Below, one piece after another: positions 1-10,882 of a DNA stretch of 64,000 nt. This DNA is from Candidatus Latescibacterota bacterium (GTDB lineage Bacteria > Latescibacterota > UBA2968 > GCA-2709665): positions 5,376,001-5,440,000 of the forward strand of contig OZ244744.1 in NCBI GenBank assembly GCA_965219455.1. Direction: 5' to 3'. Within the stretch, counting starts at the first letter, position 1. Each line of letters begins with the position of its first letter. The notes under the pieces were generated by a model. The model did no database searches. It saw only the letters and a program-made list of their open reading frames with translations, and was not told where the DNA came from. Position numbers and translations under genes: made by a program.

Positions 1-198
1 TGGTTTGAAGGAGATTTCACCGACTGGTACAAACGTACCTACCAGGTGGGAGACGTTCGAATCACGGATTACCTGAAAATCCATCTTGCCGAGCAAGATC
101 GCGCATTCCTTCATACACGCCCTCGGGTAACCGTTCGATACCTGCCGTACGATTGGACGCTTAACGACCGGGCGTTGCACCAGGACGTAACCCGTTAA
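1..198 (+). CDS. DUF547-domain protein, 3' end (partial)
   Basis: Frame 1 is open from base 1 to TAA at 196-198: WFEGDF...VRYLPYDWTLND, the typical DUF547 C-terminus; adjacent to an ArsS-type gene. Confidence 0.7.
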   Translation, partial: WFEGDFTDWYKRTYQVGDVRITDYLKIHLAEQDRAFLHTRPRVTVRYLPYDWTLNDRALHQDVTR

Positions 199-331
199 CT
201 CAATAACTACCCGACGATGCTGCGCCGTACGTCAGGGCTTCGGCGACGTCACCGTGCAAGTTGGTCTAAAGAGTACCGTCGGGTGAATTGAGGAAATCTG
301 CCGGTCTATCGTTAACGCAAAGGAGAGACCC

Positions 332-1345
332 ATGGGAGCGCCGTCGGAACTGCTGGCGATTCAACCCCGTGCGCAGTCCGAAGTACCGGGCAAGCTAATA
401 TCGTTTGGGGTGCGTTTGAGGCGGGAGGGTGTCGATCTCCGGCGCGAGACACTGGATACGCTTCAGATCAACGTAGGGAAGCTGTGCAATCAGGCGTGCA
501 GGCACTGCCACGTGGATGCCGGTCCGAATCGGACGGAAGTGATGACTCGCGACACGATGCGGTCGATCCTGACGTTTCTCGCCGCGACGGATATTCCGAT
601 GGTGGATATTACCGGCGGAGCGCCGGAGGTGAACCCTCATTTTCGATATCTGGTGAAACAGATCCGACGACTGGGTCGCAACATAATCGTAAGGTGCAAC
701 CTCACGGTGATATTCGAACCGGGTATGGAGGATCTTCCTGACTTCTACCGTGAGCACGAGGTGGAGTTGGTCTGTTCATTGCCCTGTTATCTTGAGGAAA
801 ACGTTGATCAGCAGCGTGGAAAAGGCGTGTTTTACGATAGCATCGAGGCGCTTCAACGCCTCAATTCGATCGGTTACGGAAGGCCGGATACAGGTCTTCA
901 GCTTCATCTGGTATACAATCCGGTTGGCGCCTCGCTCCCGCCGCCACAGGCCGAACTCGAGGCGGACTATAAACGGGCTCTGGGTGAGCGTTACGGAATT
1001 TCGTTCAATCGCCTCTTTACAATAACCAATATGCCGATCAGCCGGTTTAACGACTATTTGCAACGTCGTGGGGAATACGACGGCTACACGCAGACGTTGC
1101 ACGACCATTTCAACGTGAAAACGATCGATCGCCTGATGTGTCGGTTTCTCGTAAGCGTAGACTGGGAAGGCAACATCTACGACTGCGATTTCAACCAGAT
1201 GCTGGATATGCACCTGTCCGGCAAGCCAAAAAAACTGTGGGAGGTGTCGCCGGGGTGGTTAATCGACCGTAGGATCCGGATCGCCGACCACTGCTATGGT
1301 TGCACCGCGGGCGCGGGTAGCAGTTGCGGCGGTGATTTGACCTGA
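332..1345 (+). CDS. arsS: Arsenosugar-biosynthesis-type radical SAM protein ArsS (rSAM/DUF3641 family), Cys form
   Basis: [23 protein letters not shown] (CxxxCxxC), [10 protein letters not shown]-terminal [15 protein letters not shown]; RBS AGGAG. Confidence 0.85.
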   Translation: MGAPSELLAIQPRAQSEVPGKLISFGVRLRREGVDLRRETLDTLQINVGKLCNQACRHCHVDAGPNRTEVMTRDTMRSILTFLAATDIPMVDITGGAPEVNPHFRYLVKQIRRLGRNIIVRCNLTVIFEPGMEDLPDFYREHEVELVCSLPCYLEENVDQQRGKGVFYDSIEALQRLNSIGYGRPDTGLQLHLVYNPVGASLPPPQAELEADYKRALGERYGISFNRLFTITNMPISRFNDYLQRRGEYDGYTQTLHDHFNVKTIDRLMCRFLVSVDWEGNIYDCDFNQMLDMHLSGKPKKLWEVSPGWLIDRRIRIADHCYGCTAGAGSSCGGDLT

Positions 1346-1585
1346 AAGTCGATGATCCGCAAAGGTATCGGGCCCCTTTGATCGCTGCCTGGAGATATCA
1401 ATGCCGACTTCAGCCATCGCCTTGACCGCCAGCGGATTCAGGGTGGTGGGGTGGGTGCCCGCACTCAGAGATTCGAAACGGTCTCCCGCGATGTGCCGGA
1501 GAAAACCCTCCGCCATCTGGCTCCTGCAGGCGTTTCCCGTGCAGAGGAACAGTACTCGTTTCATTGAGCCCTGCACAGAGATCAT
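1259..1585 (-). pseudogene. arsC: Truncated thioredoxin-dependent arsenate reductase (LMW-PTP fold)
   Basis: [19 protein letters not shown]...SAGT...MAEVGIDIS...SK; similarity ends near 1350 and the rest is antisense of arsS; the downstream Cys residues are missing. Confidence 0.75.
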
Positions 1586-4083
1586 CCGCGGTTATCGGAC
1601 GGGACGACGTCAACTGAAAGGGTAATTGACGATGGCGGCAGACATCGGGTGTCGTCGCAGGCCTGAAAATCCAGGACCAGGTCCAACCGAAGGGCGCCGG
1701 GCGGGTAACGCCTGATTTCGAAGATTGCTGGAATCGTGACTTCGCCTTCGTAGACGGCCAGAGGCTGATCGGCAAAAGGAAAACGGACGCTTTTCGCCGT
1801 CGGGTACGAAATATCGATGGCTTCGAGCGGGTGTTCGGAAGATATGCTGAGCGTCGTTGGAACCAGAAAATCCAATGAAGCGGGGTTGGCGTTGATGTGC
1901 CAACCCTTCTTTACTTTCAATCTTACCAGGAGTTCCAGCCGACCTCCGGCAACCGGGGGTGTGGTGCGCACTATCGCCGAGGCTTCTACGGCCTCATGGC
2001 TTGCCGCAATGATCGAATCGGTGGATGCCCGTGCGCCCGACACCGCTGTATCGTGAACAATCGGCGTGAGTTTGGAGGAATTCATTTCCAGGTATCTCAA
2101 CAAACCGTGATACATATTGTTGAAACCGCCCTGACTCTGTTGCAACAAGGCACCAAAGGTATGCAGCGACCGCGACGCCAGGTCCATATATTCCGCTTTC
2201 TTCGTCAGCTTGTGAAGACTGAGCAAGGCATTCACGGCAACCGAATTACCGGAAGGTATGGCGCCGTCGTAGGGTTTCTTGGTACGGGTGATGAGGTGTT
2301 CAGCGCCGCTGGTGAAGAAAAAGCCGCCTCCATCCACATCCCAGTAAAGGCTGCGCATTCGCTCGGTCAGAGCTTCGGCTTCTCTGAGGTACCGGGGCTC
2401 TCCGGAAGCCTCGTACAGCGACACCAGGCCCTGGATGAGAAACGCATAGTCCTCCTGAAAACCCAGATTCTTTGCCGTTCCGTTCCGATAGATGCGAATG
2501 AGGTCGCCGTTCCCGTCTCGCATGCGACCCAGGACAAAGTTCGCAGCCCTGCGCGCGGCGCGCAGATAGGAAGCGGATTTCAATAGGGCGTATGCATCGG
2601 CATAGGCCGCAATCATCAAACCATTCCACGCGGTGATAATTTTGTCGTCCAGCAGGGGCCGAACTCGCAGTTCTCTGGCGGATAGCAGTTTTCGCTTCAG
2701 CGGCCGGAGCCGGTCCCGGAGACCCGCGGCGGACAGGGACAGTGTGTCTGCCAACGCGTCCAGGGTTTTTGGCAAATAGAGGACCATTCCGTCGCCTTCC
2801 GGCATTCGTGCAAGGTCGTAGACCTTGAGAAAGAGGTCTGCGTCCTCTTTGAGAATGCGCCGAATCTCGGCTCGGGTCCAGAGATAGTATTCACCTTCCT
2901 TGCCGTTGGTTTCCGAGTCCAGGGCGGAGTAGAAGGCGCCTTCCGGCGAGGTCATTTCCCGCGATACGTATCGGAGAATATCCTCAGCATTGTAACGATA
3001 GTGCTGATTGCCGGTCATCTGATACGCGCGGAGATAGATTCTGGTCAATTGGGCCTGGTTGTAGAGCATTTTCTCAAAATGCGGTACCTGCCAGCCTGGA
3101 TCGATGGCGTAGCGATGGAATCCGCCGCCGAGGTGATCAAAGATGCCGCCTGCGGCCATTTTGTCCAGCGTGCCGGTCACGATGTCCAGGAGTTCGCTTT
3201 CGTTCCGGCGCTGGTGTTGAGACATGAGAAGGTCGAGTGCCTGATCCGGTGGAAATTTCGGTGCGTCTCCAAATCCGCCATGTACGGGGTCATAGGACAG
3301 TTTGAGTTTTCCAATAGCCCGATCCAGGGTGCTATAGCCCAGCGCGATATCGGATTTTTCGGGTGGAGTTACCAGATGGATTCTCCCCAGGGCGGACGAA
3401 ATGTACCTGGATTGTGCGACGACATCCGACCTTCGGTTTGCCCACGCGTTTCGGATGACTTCAATGACGCGGGGAAAGCCCGGGCGGTTGTATCGGGGAT
3501 CGTCTTTCGGCGGAAAATAGGTGCCCGCAAAAAACGGATTGAGTTCGGGAGTGAGGAAAACGGAGTTCGGCCATCCACCGTGCCCTGTGATGATTCTGGT
3601 TGCTGTCATGTAGATTTCGTCGACGTCGGGCCGCTCTTCCCGGTCCACCTTGATGTTAACGAAGTTGTGGTTCATTTGTTCGGCAATCGCGGGATCTGAA
3701 AAAACCAGGCGTTCCATCACGTGGCACCAGTAACAGGTGGTGTACCCCACCGAAAGGAAAATGGGTTTGCCTTCCCGGCGTGCCCGCTCGATGGCCTCGG
3801 TTCCCCACGGATACCAATCCACCGGGTTGTGGGCGTGCAGCAACAGATAGGGACTGGTTTCGTAAACCAGCCGGTTGGTGTATTTCCAGGAACCGTCGGC
3901 CTCTCTGAGGCCGTGCGCAGCCCCGTCGGTGTTCGAGTCGGGCGCCGCTTCGTGAGACCTGTCGTGAGGCGGCGATGGCTGCCCCGAAGCGCTCGCGCGA
4001 CAGACGGCACCGATTGCCAGACCGATGACCATCACGGCCAGGATCGCATATCGAACCGGTGCGAATGTTAACGGATAGTTCAT
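1582..4083 (-). CDS. Secreted thioredoxin-domain protein (YyaL/DUF255 with alpha/alpha barrel) fused to a C-terminal DsbD-N-like domain
   Basis: [47 protein letters not shown]; C-terminal GWHINANP...[11 protein letters not shown]; hydrophobic N-terminus; start uncertain (4083 or 4155). Confidence 0.85.
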   Translation of the reverse strand: MNYPLTFAPVRYAILAVMVIGLAIGAVCRASASGQPSPPHDRSHEAAPDSNTDGAAHGLREADGSWKYTNRLVYETSPYLLLHAHNPVDWYPWGTEAIERARREGKPIFLSVGYTTCYWCHVMERLVFSDPAIAEQMNHNFVNIKVDREERPDVDEIYMTATRIITGHGGWPNSVFLTPELNPFFAGTYFPPKDDPRYNRPGFPRVIEVIRNAWANRRSDVVAQSRYISSALGRIHLVTPPEKSDIALGYSTLDRAIGKLKLSYDPVHGGFGDAPKFPPDQALDLLMSQHQRRNESELLDIVTGTLDKMAAGGIFDHLGGGFHRYAIDPGWQVPHFEKMLYNQAQLTRIYLRAYQMTGNQHYRYNAEDILRYVSREMTSPEGAFYSALDSETNGKEGEYYLWTRAEIRRILKEDADLFLKVYDLARMPEGDGMVLYLPKTLDALADTLSLSAAGLRDRLRPLKRKLLSARELRVRPLLDDKIITAWNGLMIAAYADAYALLKSASYLRAARRAANFVLGRMRDGNGDLIRIYRNGTAKNLGFQEDYAFLIQGLVSLYEASGEPRYLREAEALTERMRSLYWDVDGGGFFFTSGAEHLITRTKKPYDGAIPSGNSVAVNALLSLHKLTKKAEYMDLASRSLHTFGALLQQSQGGFNNMYHGLLRYLEMNSSKLTPIVHDTAVSGARASTDSIIAASHEAVEASAIVRTTPPVAGGRLELLVRLKVKKGWHINANPASLDFLVPTTLSISSEHPLEAIDISYPTAKSVRFPFADQPLAVYEGEVTIPAIFEIRRYPPGALRLDLVLDFQACDDTRCLPPSSITLSVDVVPSDNRG

Positions 4084-4162
4084 GTTGGCGGGATAAGGGA
4101 AAAGTCGATAATCCTGACGTTCACCGTTGCTGAGGCGATTTCCGGGACAGAACACTTGGAGG

Positions 4163-5410
4163 TCAGCGGATAAACGTGCGTCTGATTTTGTCCACAGCCT
4201 CTACGATGTCGTCCATGTCTTCTCGCGTGCCCAGGAGCATAGACTGATAGAACCAGACACTGTGCCTGCACGCATGTTCAACATTCGGGCACGGTAACCT
4301 GCGCACGAGATCGGGGTATTCTTCCGAAACGCTATTCAGGGCGCCCTCGTCCGTGAGCGGCCGCTGGTAACCGGGTGTACAATCAATGCCTTCGGCGATC
4401 AGGGCGCTTATGAATTCCTCTTTGCTCTGGCCACCGAATTGTTCCGTATCGTAGAGCGTCATATAGAGATGGTACCCATGCTGCGTGACCCAGGGACGCG
4501 TCGCCGGTGGGGTCACGCCGCCGACCCTTCGCAGTTCCCGGGTCAGATAGGCCGCGTTTCGACATCGAATCTCGGTCTGAAGTTGTAACCACTTGAGCCG
4601 TACCAGAAGGATGGATGCGAGATATTCTGAGGTGCGATAGTTCCATCCATGGCGTGGATATTCCCATCGTTCGCCACCGGGGCGCCGACCCACGTCTCTG
4701 AATGCGCATGCCCGTTCGTAAATGTGCCGATGGTTGGTGACGAGGCAGCCGCCCTCGCCAGCCGTGAGGTTCTTGCTGGACTGAAAGCTGTAGGCGCCAA
4801 CATCGCCAAGCGGGCCGACCTTCCGCCCGTTATGTTCGGTGCCGTGGGCCTGAGCGGCATCTTCAACAACCACCAGGCCGTGTTTGTTGGCGATGGCGTT
4901 CAGGGCGTCCATATCCGCGGGGTGCCCTCCCATGTGCACTGGAAGAATGCCTACCGTCCTCTCGGTTATGGCCGCCTTCACCGCGGCAGGGTCAAGGGTA
5001 AAGCTCACGGGATCGATATCTGCCAGTGCCAGCTTGCAACGCACCGACAGCGCGGCGCTGGCTGTGGCGATGAAGGTATAGTTGGGGACGATAATCTCCC
5101 CACCCTCCCGAAGCCCATCGAGATCGAGCGCTCCGGCTATGGAGGCGGATATCGCGTCGGTACCATGTGGCATCATTAAGCCGTAGTTGGCGCCGCAATA
5201 GTCCGCGAACGCCTGGCCGAACCGGTCGCTCCTGCTTGCCGGAAGACCCTCTGACCCTTCCAGGTAGACTTTCCGAAGCGCCGGCTCGATTTCGCGTTCC
5301 CACTCAATCTCGGTGTTGGCTGGCCAGGACGGCCACGGATTCTCGATCCGATTGCGTACGGGTGTGCCCCCATTCACCGCCAGCCGATTTGCAGAAATTA
5401 CATTTGGCAT
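4163..5410 (-). CDS. DegT/DnrJ/EryC1/StrS family PLP aminotransferase
   Basis: [40 protein letters not shown] (PLP lysine). Confidence 0.9.
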   Translation of the reverse strand: MPNVISANRLAVNGGTPVRNRIENPWPSWPANTEIEWEREIEPALRKVYLEGSEGLPASRSDRFGQAFADYCGANYGLMMPHGTDAISASIAGALDLDGLREGGEIIVPNYTFIATASAALSVRCKLALADIDPVSFTLDPAAVKAAITERTVGILPVHMGGHPADMDALNAIANKHGLVVVEDAAQAHGTEHNGRKVGPLGDVGAYSFQSSKNLTAGEGGCLVTNHRHIYERACAFRDVGRRPGGERWEYPRHGWNYRTSEYLASILLVRLKWLQLQTEIRCRNAAYLTRELRRVGGVTPPATRPWVTQHGYHLYMTLYDTEQFGGQSKEEFISALIAEGIDCTPGYQRPLTDEGALNSVSEEYPDLVRRLPCPNVEHACRHSVWFYQSMLLGTREDMDDIVEAVDKIRRTFIR

Positions 5411-5560
5411 CGGAACTCCCGTAAATACGCGAGGCTATTTCCCGGTTTGTCCGGTCCTGACCGGGGCCTCACACCGTCGAAGGATGCCGGACGCCCGGGA
5501 GGCGCCGACGGGTGAGGTCCAAAGATACCCGCGGGCAAACGCACGGCGCTGGTGAGTGAA

Positions 5561-6796
5561 TCAATCCGCCACCAGTTCGCAGGCAGCCGCGCGGACCAGC
5601 TTCTCGCCTTCGACCGCGAGCCCGGCATATCTGGGTTCCATGCCGCCTTCGCGGTGGGCCTGGGGGGTACTCAGGTACCCGACGTCGGCTGTCGGGCCGG
5701 ACAGAACCATGGTGATTCCGCCCGGCGCCGCCGCCTTGATCGCAGACGCGGTTTCAACGAAGATTTCACCTGGAAGGTGCACTATATTGACGCCACACGC
5801 GGAAATCCGAGTGATCGTGTAGTCCAGAAATTGCCTGCCGGTTGCATAATGTCGGCTGCCGTAAGCCTGAAATCGTTGAAGCCCGTTCGACCGTTTCGGC
5901 GTCGTTATCAATTCGGCCTCGACGACATGGGGATTCTCGTACGAAAATGTGGGCATCGGAACGGTCTTCTGAGTGACGTGGAATTCTCCGGTACCGTACA
6001 TACGTACCTGTTCCAATGCGTAGAGTGCCGCCCCTCCGACGCTGTTGCCCACACGCCTGTACGTTCGCCCGGCCCGGCTGACGGGTACCACGTTTCCGAT
6101 ACTTCCGGGAAGAAACAGCGCATTGACCCCCGCTGCCTCGACCACGTTGCGGGCGACGCCGGGATAGTCAGCGGAAATATGCCCGTATTTGTCGGTGTTG
6201 CACAGCGCGTGGCAGCCGAATACGATTGCGCAATGGGTCGGATTACCCTCCGTATCGTCAATTCGGAGCACGTACACATTGTCGTCCACGTCTGCATAGG
6301 TGAGTTCGGGACGAGGATAGGGGAATTTGAAGTTGCTCATAACCAGGTTTCCGTCCTGATCATAGGAGCGCCGGTTATAGAGGATGTTGGGAGCGGAACT
6401 GGCGCCTGCTCCCAACCGGGAGGGTTCCATCGCGTGGGCCGCTTTACGGACGGCCGCAGCCATATTGTCCGCGAAAAAATCCTCCCTGCCGTAGTACTTG
6501 AGCGTCTCGCAGGGAATGCTGACGTAAGATTGAAACAAAATGGGCGTCGTGCCGACATGGGAAGCACAGGGCAGGATGTGGTTTGGATTCAGCCAGTCGA
6601 TGTCCTCTAACCGTACCCTGACGCGCGCCATGAGATCCTCTTCGATGCTGAAACAATCCCCGGCCAGGAAGGTGACGTTGGTGTCTCCTTTCCGAAGGAT
6701 CAGGGCACGGAAGGAGATCGGATCGTAGACTCGAAAAGCGCCATCTGATGGATCTTCAGGCGTGAAGTCCTGAATGCCAAAGCCGGTTTCCAGCAC
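5561..6796 (-). CDS. Neutral/alkaline ceramidase-like metallo-amidohydrolase
   Basis: YDPISFRALIL, ASHVGTTP, YNRR, FGCHA, ISADYPG, PGSIGNV, LPGEIFVE motifs. Confidence 0.7.
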   Translation of the reverse strand: MLETGFGIQDFTPEDPSDGAFRVYDPISFRALILRKGDTNVTFLAGDCFSIEEDLMARVRVRLEDIDWLNPNHILPCASHVGTTPILFQSYVSIPCETLKYYGREDFFADNMAAAVRKAAHAMEPSRLGAGASSAPNILYNRRSYDQDGNLVMSNFKFPYPRPELTYADVDDNVYVLRIDDTEGNPTHCAIVFGCHALCNTDKYGHISADYPGVARNVVEAAGVNALFLPGSIGNVVPVSRAGRTYRRVGNSVGGAALYALEQVRMYGTGEFHVTQKTVPMPTFSYENPHVVEAELITTPKRSNGLQRFQAYGSRHYATGRQFLDYTITRISACGVNIVHLPGEIFVETASAIKAAAPGGITMVLSGPTADVGYLSTPQAHREGGMEPRYAGLAVEGEKLVRAAACELVAD

Positions 6797-7065
6797 GTTG
6801 AACCCCCTCTGTTACAATTGCCGTGCGAAAGTGGTTCATTGATAGCGTAATTTCCACCGTGCGTCAAGCGTTTTCCTGCAGCGCACACCCAGGCGGGCGG
6901 TGAACCTTGACGTATCCGTCGGTATGGGTTACATTATCGTTTTGTCCGCGCTGGTGCGGCCGGTCCGCGCCGTGTACGGTTCAGTTGTATGGGCGCGAAA
7001 AGCCGACCCGAGCACGGGTGAGCGATTTCAGCAAATGCTGTTTGAGACGATGCAAGGGAGATTCG

Positions 7066-9933
7066 ATGAAGGCCCTGTTGAAAGCGCTTGAACGGGAACT
7101 ATCCGGCGAGGTTCGGTTCGATAAGGCTTCGCGAATACTATACAGTACCGATGCGAGCATGTATCAGATTGAGCCGTTGGGCGTCGTTCTGCCCAAGCAT
7201 CGACAGGACGTCCTGCGGGTCATTCGCGTGGCACGAGAGTTCGGAGTGCCCGTATTGCCACGCGGCGGCGGGACGGCGCTTGCTGGACAGAGCGTGGGCC
7301 CTGCGGTGATTATGGATATGTCCAAATTCATGAATGACATCCTCGAACTGAACGAGGAAGAGGAATGGGTACGGGTTCAACCGGGTGTGGTACTGGACGA
7401 ATTGAACTCATATCTGAAGCCAAATGGTCTGCAATTCGCGCCGGACGTGGCTACGAGCAGTCGAGCGACGATCGGAGGGATGATCGGCAACAATTCATCG
7501 GGGGCCCATTCGGTAATCTACGGGAAGACCATCGACCACGTACTCGAACTGAAGGTGGCCCTCGCAGACGGCACGGAAACCCTGTTCAGGGATATGTCCG
7601 ACGAGGAAGTCGCCACGAAGACGAAACAGACGGACCTGGAAGGCCGGGCATACAGTGAAGTCGTCCGGCTCGCCGGGAACCACCGGGCGGAAATCGATCG
7701 GCGGTACCCGAAGATTCTGCGGCGTGTGGGCGGGTACAACCTGGATGAATTCACGAAGCCACAACCGTTTAATATGTGCCGTATGATCGTGGGGTCGGAG
7801 GGCACCCTCGCCACTGTACTGGAAGCCAAGTTGCGCGTGATTCCACTTCCGCGTGCCAGGGTCCTGGGCGTGGTGCAGTTCGGGGATCTGATTGAGTCGA
7901 TGGCGGCGGTTTCACACATTCTGGAGACCGGACCGGCAGCCGTGGAACTGGTGGATCGAATGATACTGGAGCAAACCCGAGGATCGATCGCACTGTCCAG
8001 GGACCGGGGCTGGGTTGAAGGAGACCCCCGGGCGGTGCTTGTGGTGGAGTATTTCGGGGATTCGCCTGACGCATTGATTCCGCGGCTCGACGCGCTCGAG
8101 GCCACAATGTCGAAACATGGTCTCGGCTATGGATTTCGACGGGCCGTGTCGGCCGAGGAACAGGCAAATGTATGGAATGTGCGTAAGTCGGGTCTGGGAT
8201 TGCTGATGGGTGTCAAGGGTGATACGAAACCGGTGGCATTTGTGGAGGACTCCGCCGTTTCGCCGGAGAAATTGCCGGAATACATCGGCGACTTCGAGCG
8301 GATTGTGCGCGAGCACGATACGACGGCCGGTTACTACGCGCATGCCAGCGTGGGATTGCTCCACATACGGCCGATGGTGAATGTGAAAACAGCAGCCGGA
8401 GTGGCTAAAATGCGGTCCATCGCCGAGGCCGTTCGGGAACTGGTGCTGAGTTACGGTGGTGCGATGAGCGGTGAGCACGGGGACGGCCTTGCTCGAAGTT
8501 GCTGGAACGAACGGGTTTTCGGGTCCACGCTGTACAAAGCGTTTCGGGAATTGAAGCATGCGTTCGATCCACAAGGGCTGATGAATCCGGGAAAAATCGT
8601 GGACGCGCCGATGATGACGGAAAACCTGCGGTTCGGTCCCGAATACCGCGTTCAGGAGCTGCGCACCCACTTCGACTTTTCGGCTGACGGGGGATTCCAC
8701 CGGGCGGTGGAGATGTGCAACGGCGTCGGTGCATGCCGAAAGAAACTCCACGGGACGATGTGCCCTTCGTATATGGCGACTCTTGACGAGGCCCATTCCA
8801 CACGTGGAAGGGCAAATGCGCTCCGTGCCGCCATATCGGGTGGGCTAGAGGGTGGGCTGGCCGACGAGCGGGTTTACGAGATCCTGGACCTGTGCCTGGA
8901 GTGCAAAGCGTGCAAGTCGGAGTGCCCGTCCAACGTTGACATGGCCAAAATCAAATATGAATTCCTTGCACATTATTACGACAGGCACGGAAGACCCTTG
9001 CGGGAATGGTTGTTCGGTAATATTGATACCCTGAACCGTGCAGGATGCGCGCTGGCGCCGTTATCGAACTGGGTTGCCAACACCGGGCTCGCCAGGCTGG
9101 GGATGCGGTTTCTGGGCATCGCACCGAAAAGGGCATTGCCGCCGTTCGCGCGCCGGACGTTCACGGATTGGTTTGCCGGGCGCACGAAGCGACAGAGCGA
9201 GCGTAAGGTGGTACTCTTCAATGACACGTACCTCACGTTTAATGAACCGGACATTGGCATTGCGGCCACCCGCTTTCTGGAGGCCGCGGGATACGAGGTG
9301 ATCCTTCCAACAAAGCGGTGTTGCGGAAGGCCGCTCCTGTCCAGTGGCATGATCGAGCAGGTTAAGGAAAATCTGGCGTTCAACATGCGGCACCTTCATA
9401 CGTACGTCGTGCAGGGATACGATATCGTGGGTTTTGAACCCAGTTGCGTCTCGATGTTGACCGACGACTACCCTGAGCTGAACGCGGACCCCCGGGTTCG
9501 AGAGGTGTCCGAGCGGTGCTATACGGTGGAGTCCTATCTGAGCCGGCTGGCGGAACGTGGCGAACTGCAGGTGTCATTCTCGGATCTGAAGAAGGAGATA
9601 CTTGTCCACGGACACTGCCACCAGAAAGCGCTCTGGGGAATGGCGCCGTCGCTCGAGGTATTGAACTTGCCGCCCGGATACTCGGCTTCAGCCATCGATT
9701 CGGCCTGCTGCGGTATGGCTGGCGCGTTTGGTTATCAGGCGGAACACTACGACATTTCGTTGAAAATGGGCGAGGACCGGCTCTTGAACGTTGTGCGGGA
9801 GGCGGGGCCGGAAACGGAGATCGCCGCCGCCGGTCTGTCGTGCCGGCAACAGATTCTCCATGCAACCGGACGGAACGCGCGTCATCCGATTCAGATTCTG
9901 TGGGAGGCGGTGGCACCCGTGAAGGAGGAGTGA
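7066..9933 (+). CDS. FAD-linked oxidase with Fe-S and CCG domains (YdiJ/GlcD-GlcF fusion type hydroxyacid dehydrogenase)
   Basis: YSTDASMY, PRGGGT.LAGQ, SGEHGDG, CNGVGAC, CLECKACKSECP, CCG motifs; ATG at 7066 after AAGGGAG. Confidence 0.9.
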   Translation: MKALLKALERELSGEVRFDKASRILYSTDASMYQIEPLGVVLPKHRQDVLRVIRVAREFGVPVLPRGGGTALAGQSVGPAVIMDMSKFMNDILELNEEEEWVRVQPGVVLDELNSYLKPNGLQFAPDVATSSRATIGGMIGNNSSGAHSVIYGKTIDHVLELKVALADGTETLFRDMSDEEVATKTKQTDLEGRAYSEVVRLAGNHRAEIDRRYPKILRRVGGYNLDEFTKPQPFNMCRMIVGSEGTLATVLEAKLRVIPLPRARVLGVVQFGDLIESMAAVSHILETGPAAVELVDRMILEQTRGSIALSRDRGWVEGDPRAVLVVEYFGDSPDALIPRLDALEATMSKHGLGYGFRRAVSAEEQANVWNVRKSGLGLLMGVKGDTKPVAFVEDSAVSPEKLPEYIGDFERIVREHDTTAGYYAHASVGLLHIRPMVNVKTAAGVAKMRSIAEAVRELVLSYGGAMSGEHGDGLARSCWNERVFGSTLYKAFRELKHAFDPQGLMNPGKIVDAPMMTENLRFGPEYRVQELRTHFDFSADGGFHRAVEMCNGVGACRKKLHGTMCPSYMATLDEAHSTRGRANALRAAISGGLEGGLADERVYEILDLCLECKACKSECPSNVDMAKIKYEFLAHYYDRHGRPLREWLFGNIDTLNRAGCALAPLSNWVANTGLARLGMRFLGIAPKRALPPFARRTFTDWFAGRTKRQSERKVVLFNDTYLTFNEPDIGIAATRFLEAAGYEVILPTKRCCGRPLLSSGMIEQVKENLAFNMRHLHTYVVQGYDIVGFEPSCVSMLTDDYPELNADPRVREVSERCYTVESYLSRLAERGELQVSFSDLKKEILVHGHCHQKALWGMAPSLEVLNLPPGYSASAIDSACCGMAGAFGYQAEHYDISLKMGEDRLLNVVREAGPETEIAAAGLSCRQQILHATGRNARHPIQILWEAVAPVKEE

Positions 9934-9985
9934 GTTCCCGTCGGCGAATTCATGTGCGGCTAACTGGCAGAAAACAGGGGGCCTT

Positions 9986-10498
9986 GTGGATCTATTGAGA
10001 TATATCCGGGAAGTACCCGATTTTCCGAGACCGGGCATCCTTTTCAAGGATATCACAACCCTTTTGAAGGAACCCGCGGCGCTCGATGCCGCCGTTCGAC
10101 AGCTTGCAGACCCCTACCGGAATGCGGGCGTGTCACTCGTGGCAGGGATCGAGTCCAGGGGGTTCATCCTGGGCGCTGCCGTAGCTCGTGATCTGGGCGC
10201 GGGATTCGTACCCATTCGAAAATCCGGAAAGTTGCCCGCGAAGACGGCGTCGGCGAGTTACGTGCTGGAATACGGTACGGACAGCATTGAAATACATACC
10301 GATGCGATCGCCCCCGGCCAGCGTGTACTTCTCCTGGACGATCTGCTGGCCACGGGCGGCACCATGGAAGCCGCGGTCAAGCTGGTGAAAGGACTCGGTG
10401 GTCAGGTCCTGGGCATCGCATTTCTGATCGAATTGACCGCACTCGACGGACGCTCGAAATTGCACGGGGAAAGCGTGATGGCGCTGGTTGCCTACTAA
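9986..10498 (+). CDS. apt: Adenine phosphoribosyltransferase
   Basis: PDFPRPGILFKDITTLL, ESRGF, RKSGKLP, LEYGTD, LLDDLLATGGT. Confidence 0.97.
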   Translation: MDLLRYIREVPDFPRPGILFKDITTLLKEPAALDAAVRQLADPYRNAGVSLVAGIESRGFILGAAVARDLGAGFVPIRKSGKLPAKTASASYVLEYGTDSIEIHTDAIAPGQRVLLLDDLLATGGTMEAAVKLVKGLGGQVLGIAFLIELTALDGRSKLHGESVMALVAY

Positions 10499-10664
10499 CG
10501 GCCCGCCGCGCCGTCCGTGTGGCGTCCGCCGCCTGATCGAGCGGACGGGGTCTTCGCGGTGCGGTCGGCGGTTGTTGAGTTCTGCCCCCTGGTGTCCGGC
10601 CTGTAAAGTTATACACGGTTCGAAACGGGCGGAATATCTGAAAGAGCGCACATCTCGGGTCGAT

Positions 10665-10737
10665 GCCCCTGTAGCTCAGTGGATAGAGTAGCGGATTCCT
10701 AATCCGTTGGTCGCAGGTTCGAGTCCTGCCAGGGGCA
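10665..10737 (+). tRNA. tRNA-Arg (anticodon CCT)
   Basis: Acceptor stem GCCCCTG/CAGGGGC, D arm TAGCTCAGTGGATAGAG, anticodon arm GCGGA-TTCCTAA-TCCGT, T loop GGTTCGAGTCC; CCA not encoded. Confidence 0.95.
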
Positions 10738-10882
10738 TTCCATTCTTATTGAGAAAGATCTTCGCTTACCGAAAAGCAAAGCTTTTCGAACAGTTTCCCG
10801 GAGACACGCGGGTGCGCTTGAGGGTCGGGCGACCGGCCCCGAGGCGGACGCCGGCATCGACGGGGGAAGGCGAGTACTGAAG

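Noticed and set aside
1321-1345. Selenocysteine or read-through at the ArsS C-terminus
   Set aside because: The relevant codon is TGC, and the TGA falls after the complete GSSCGG motif
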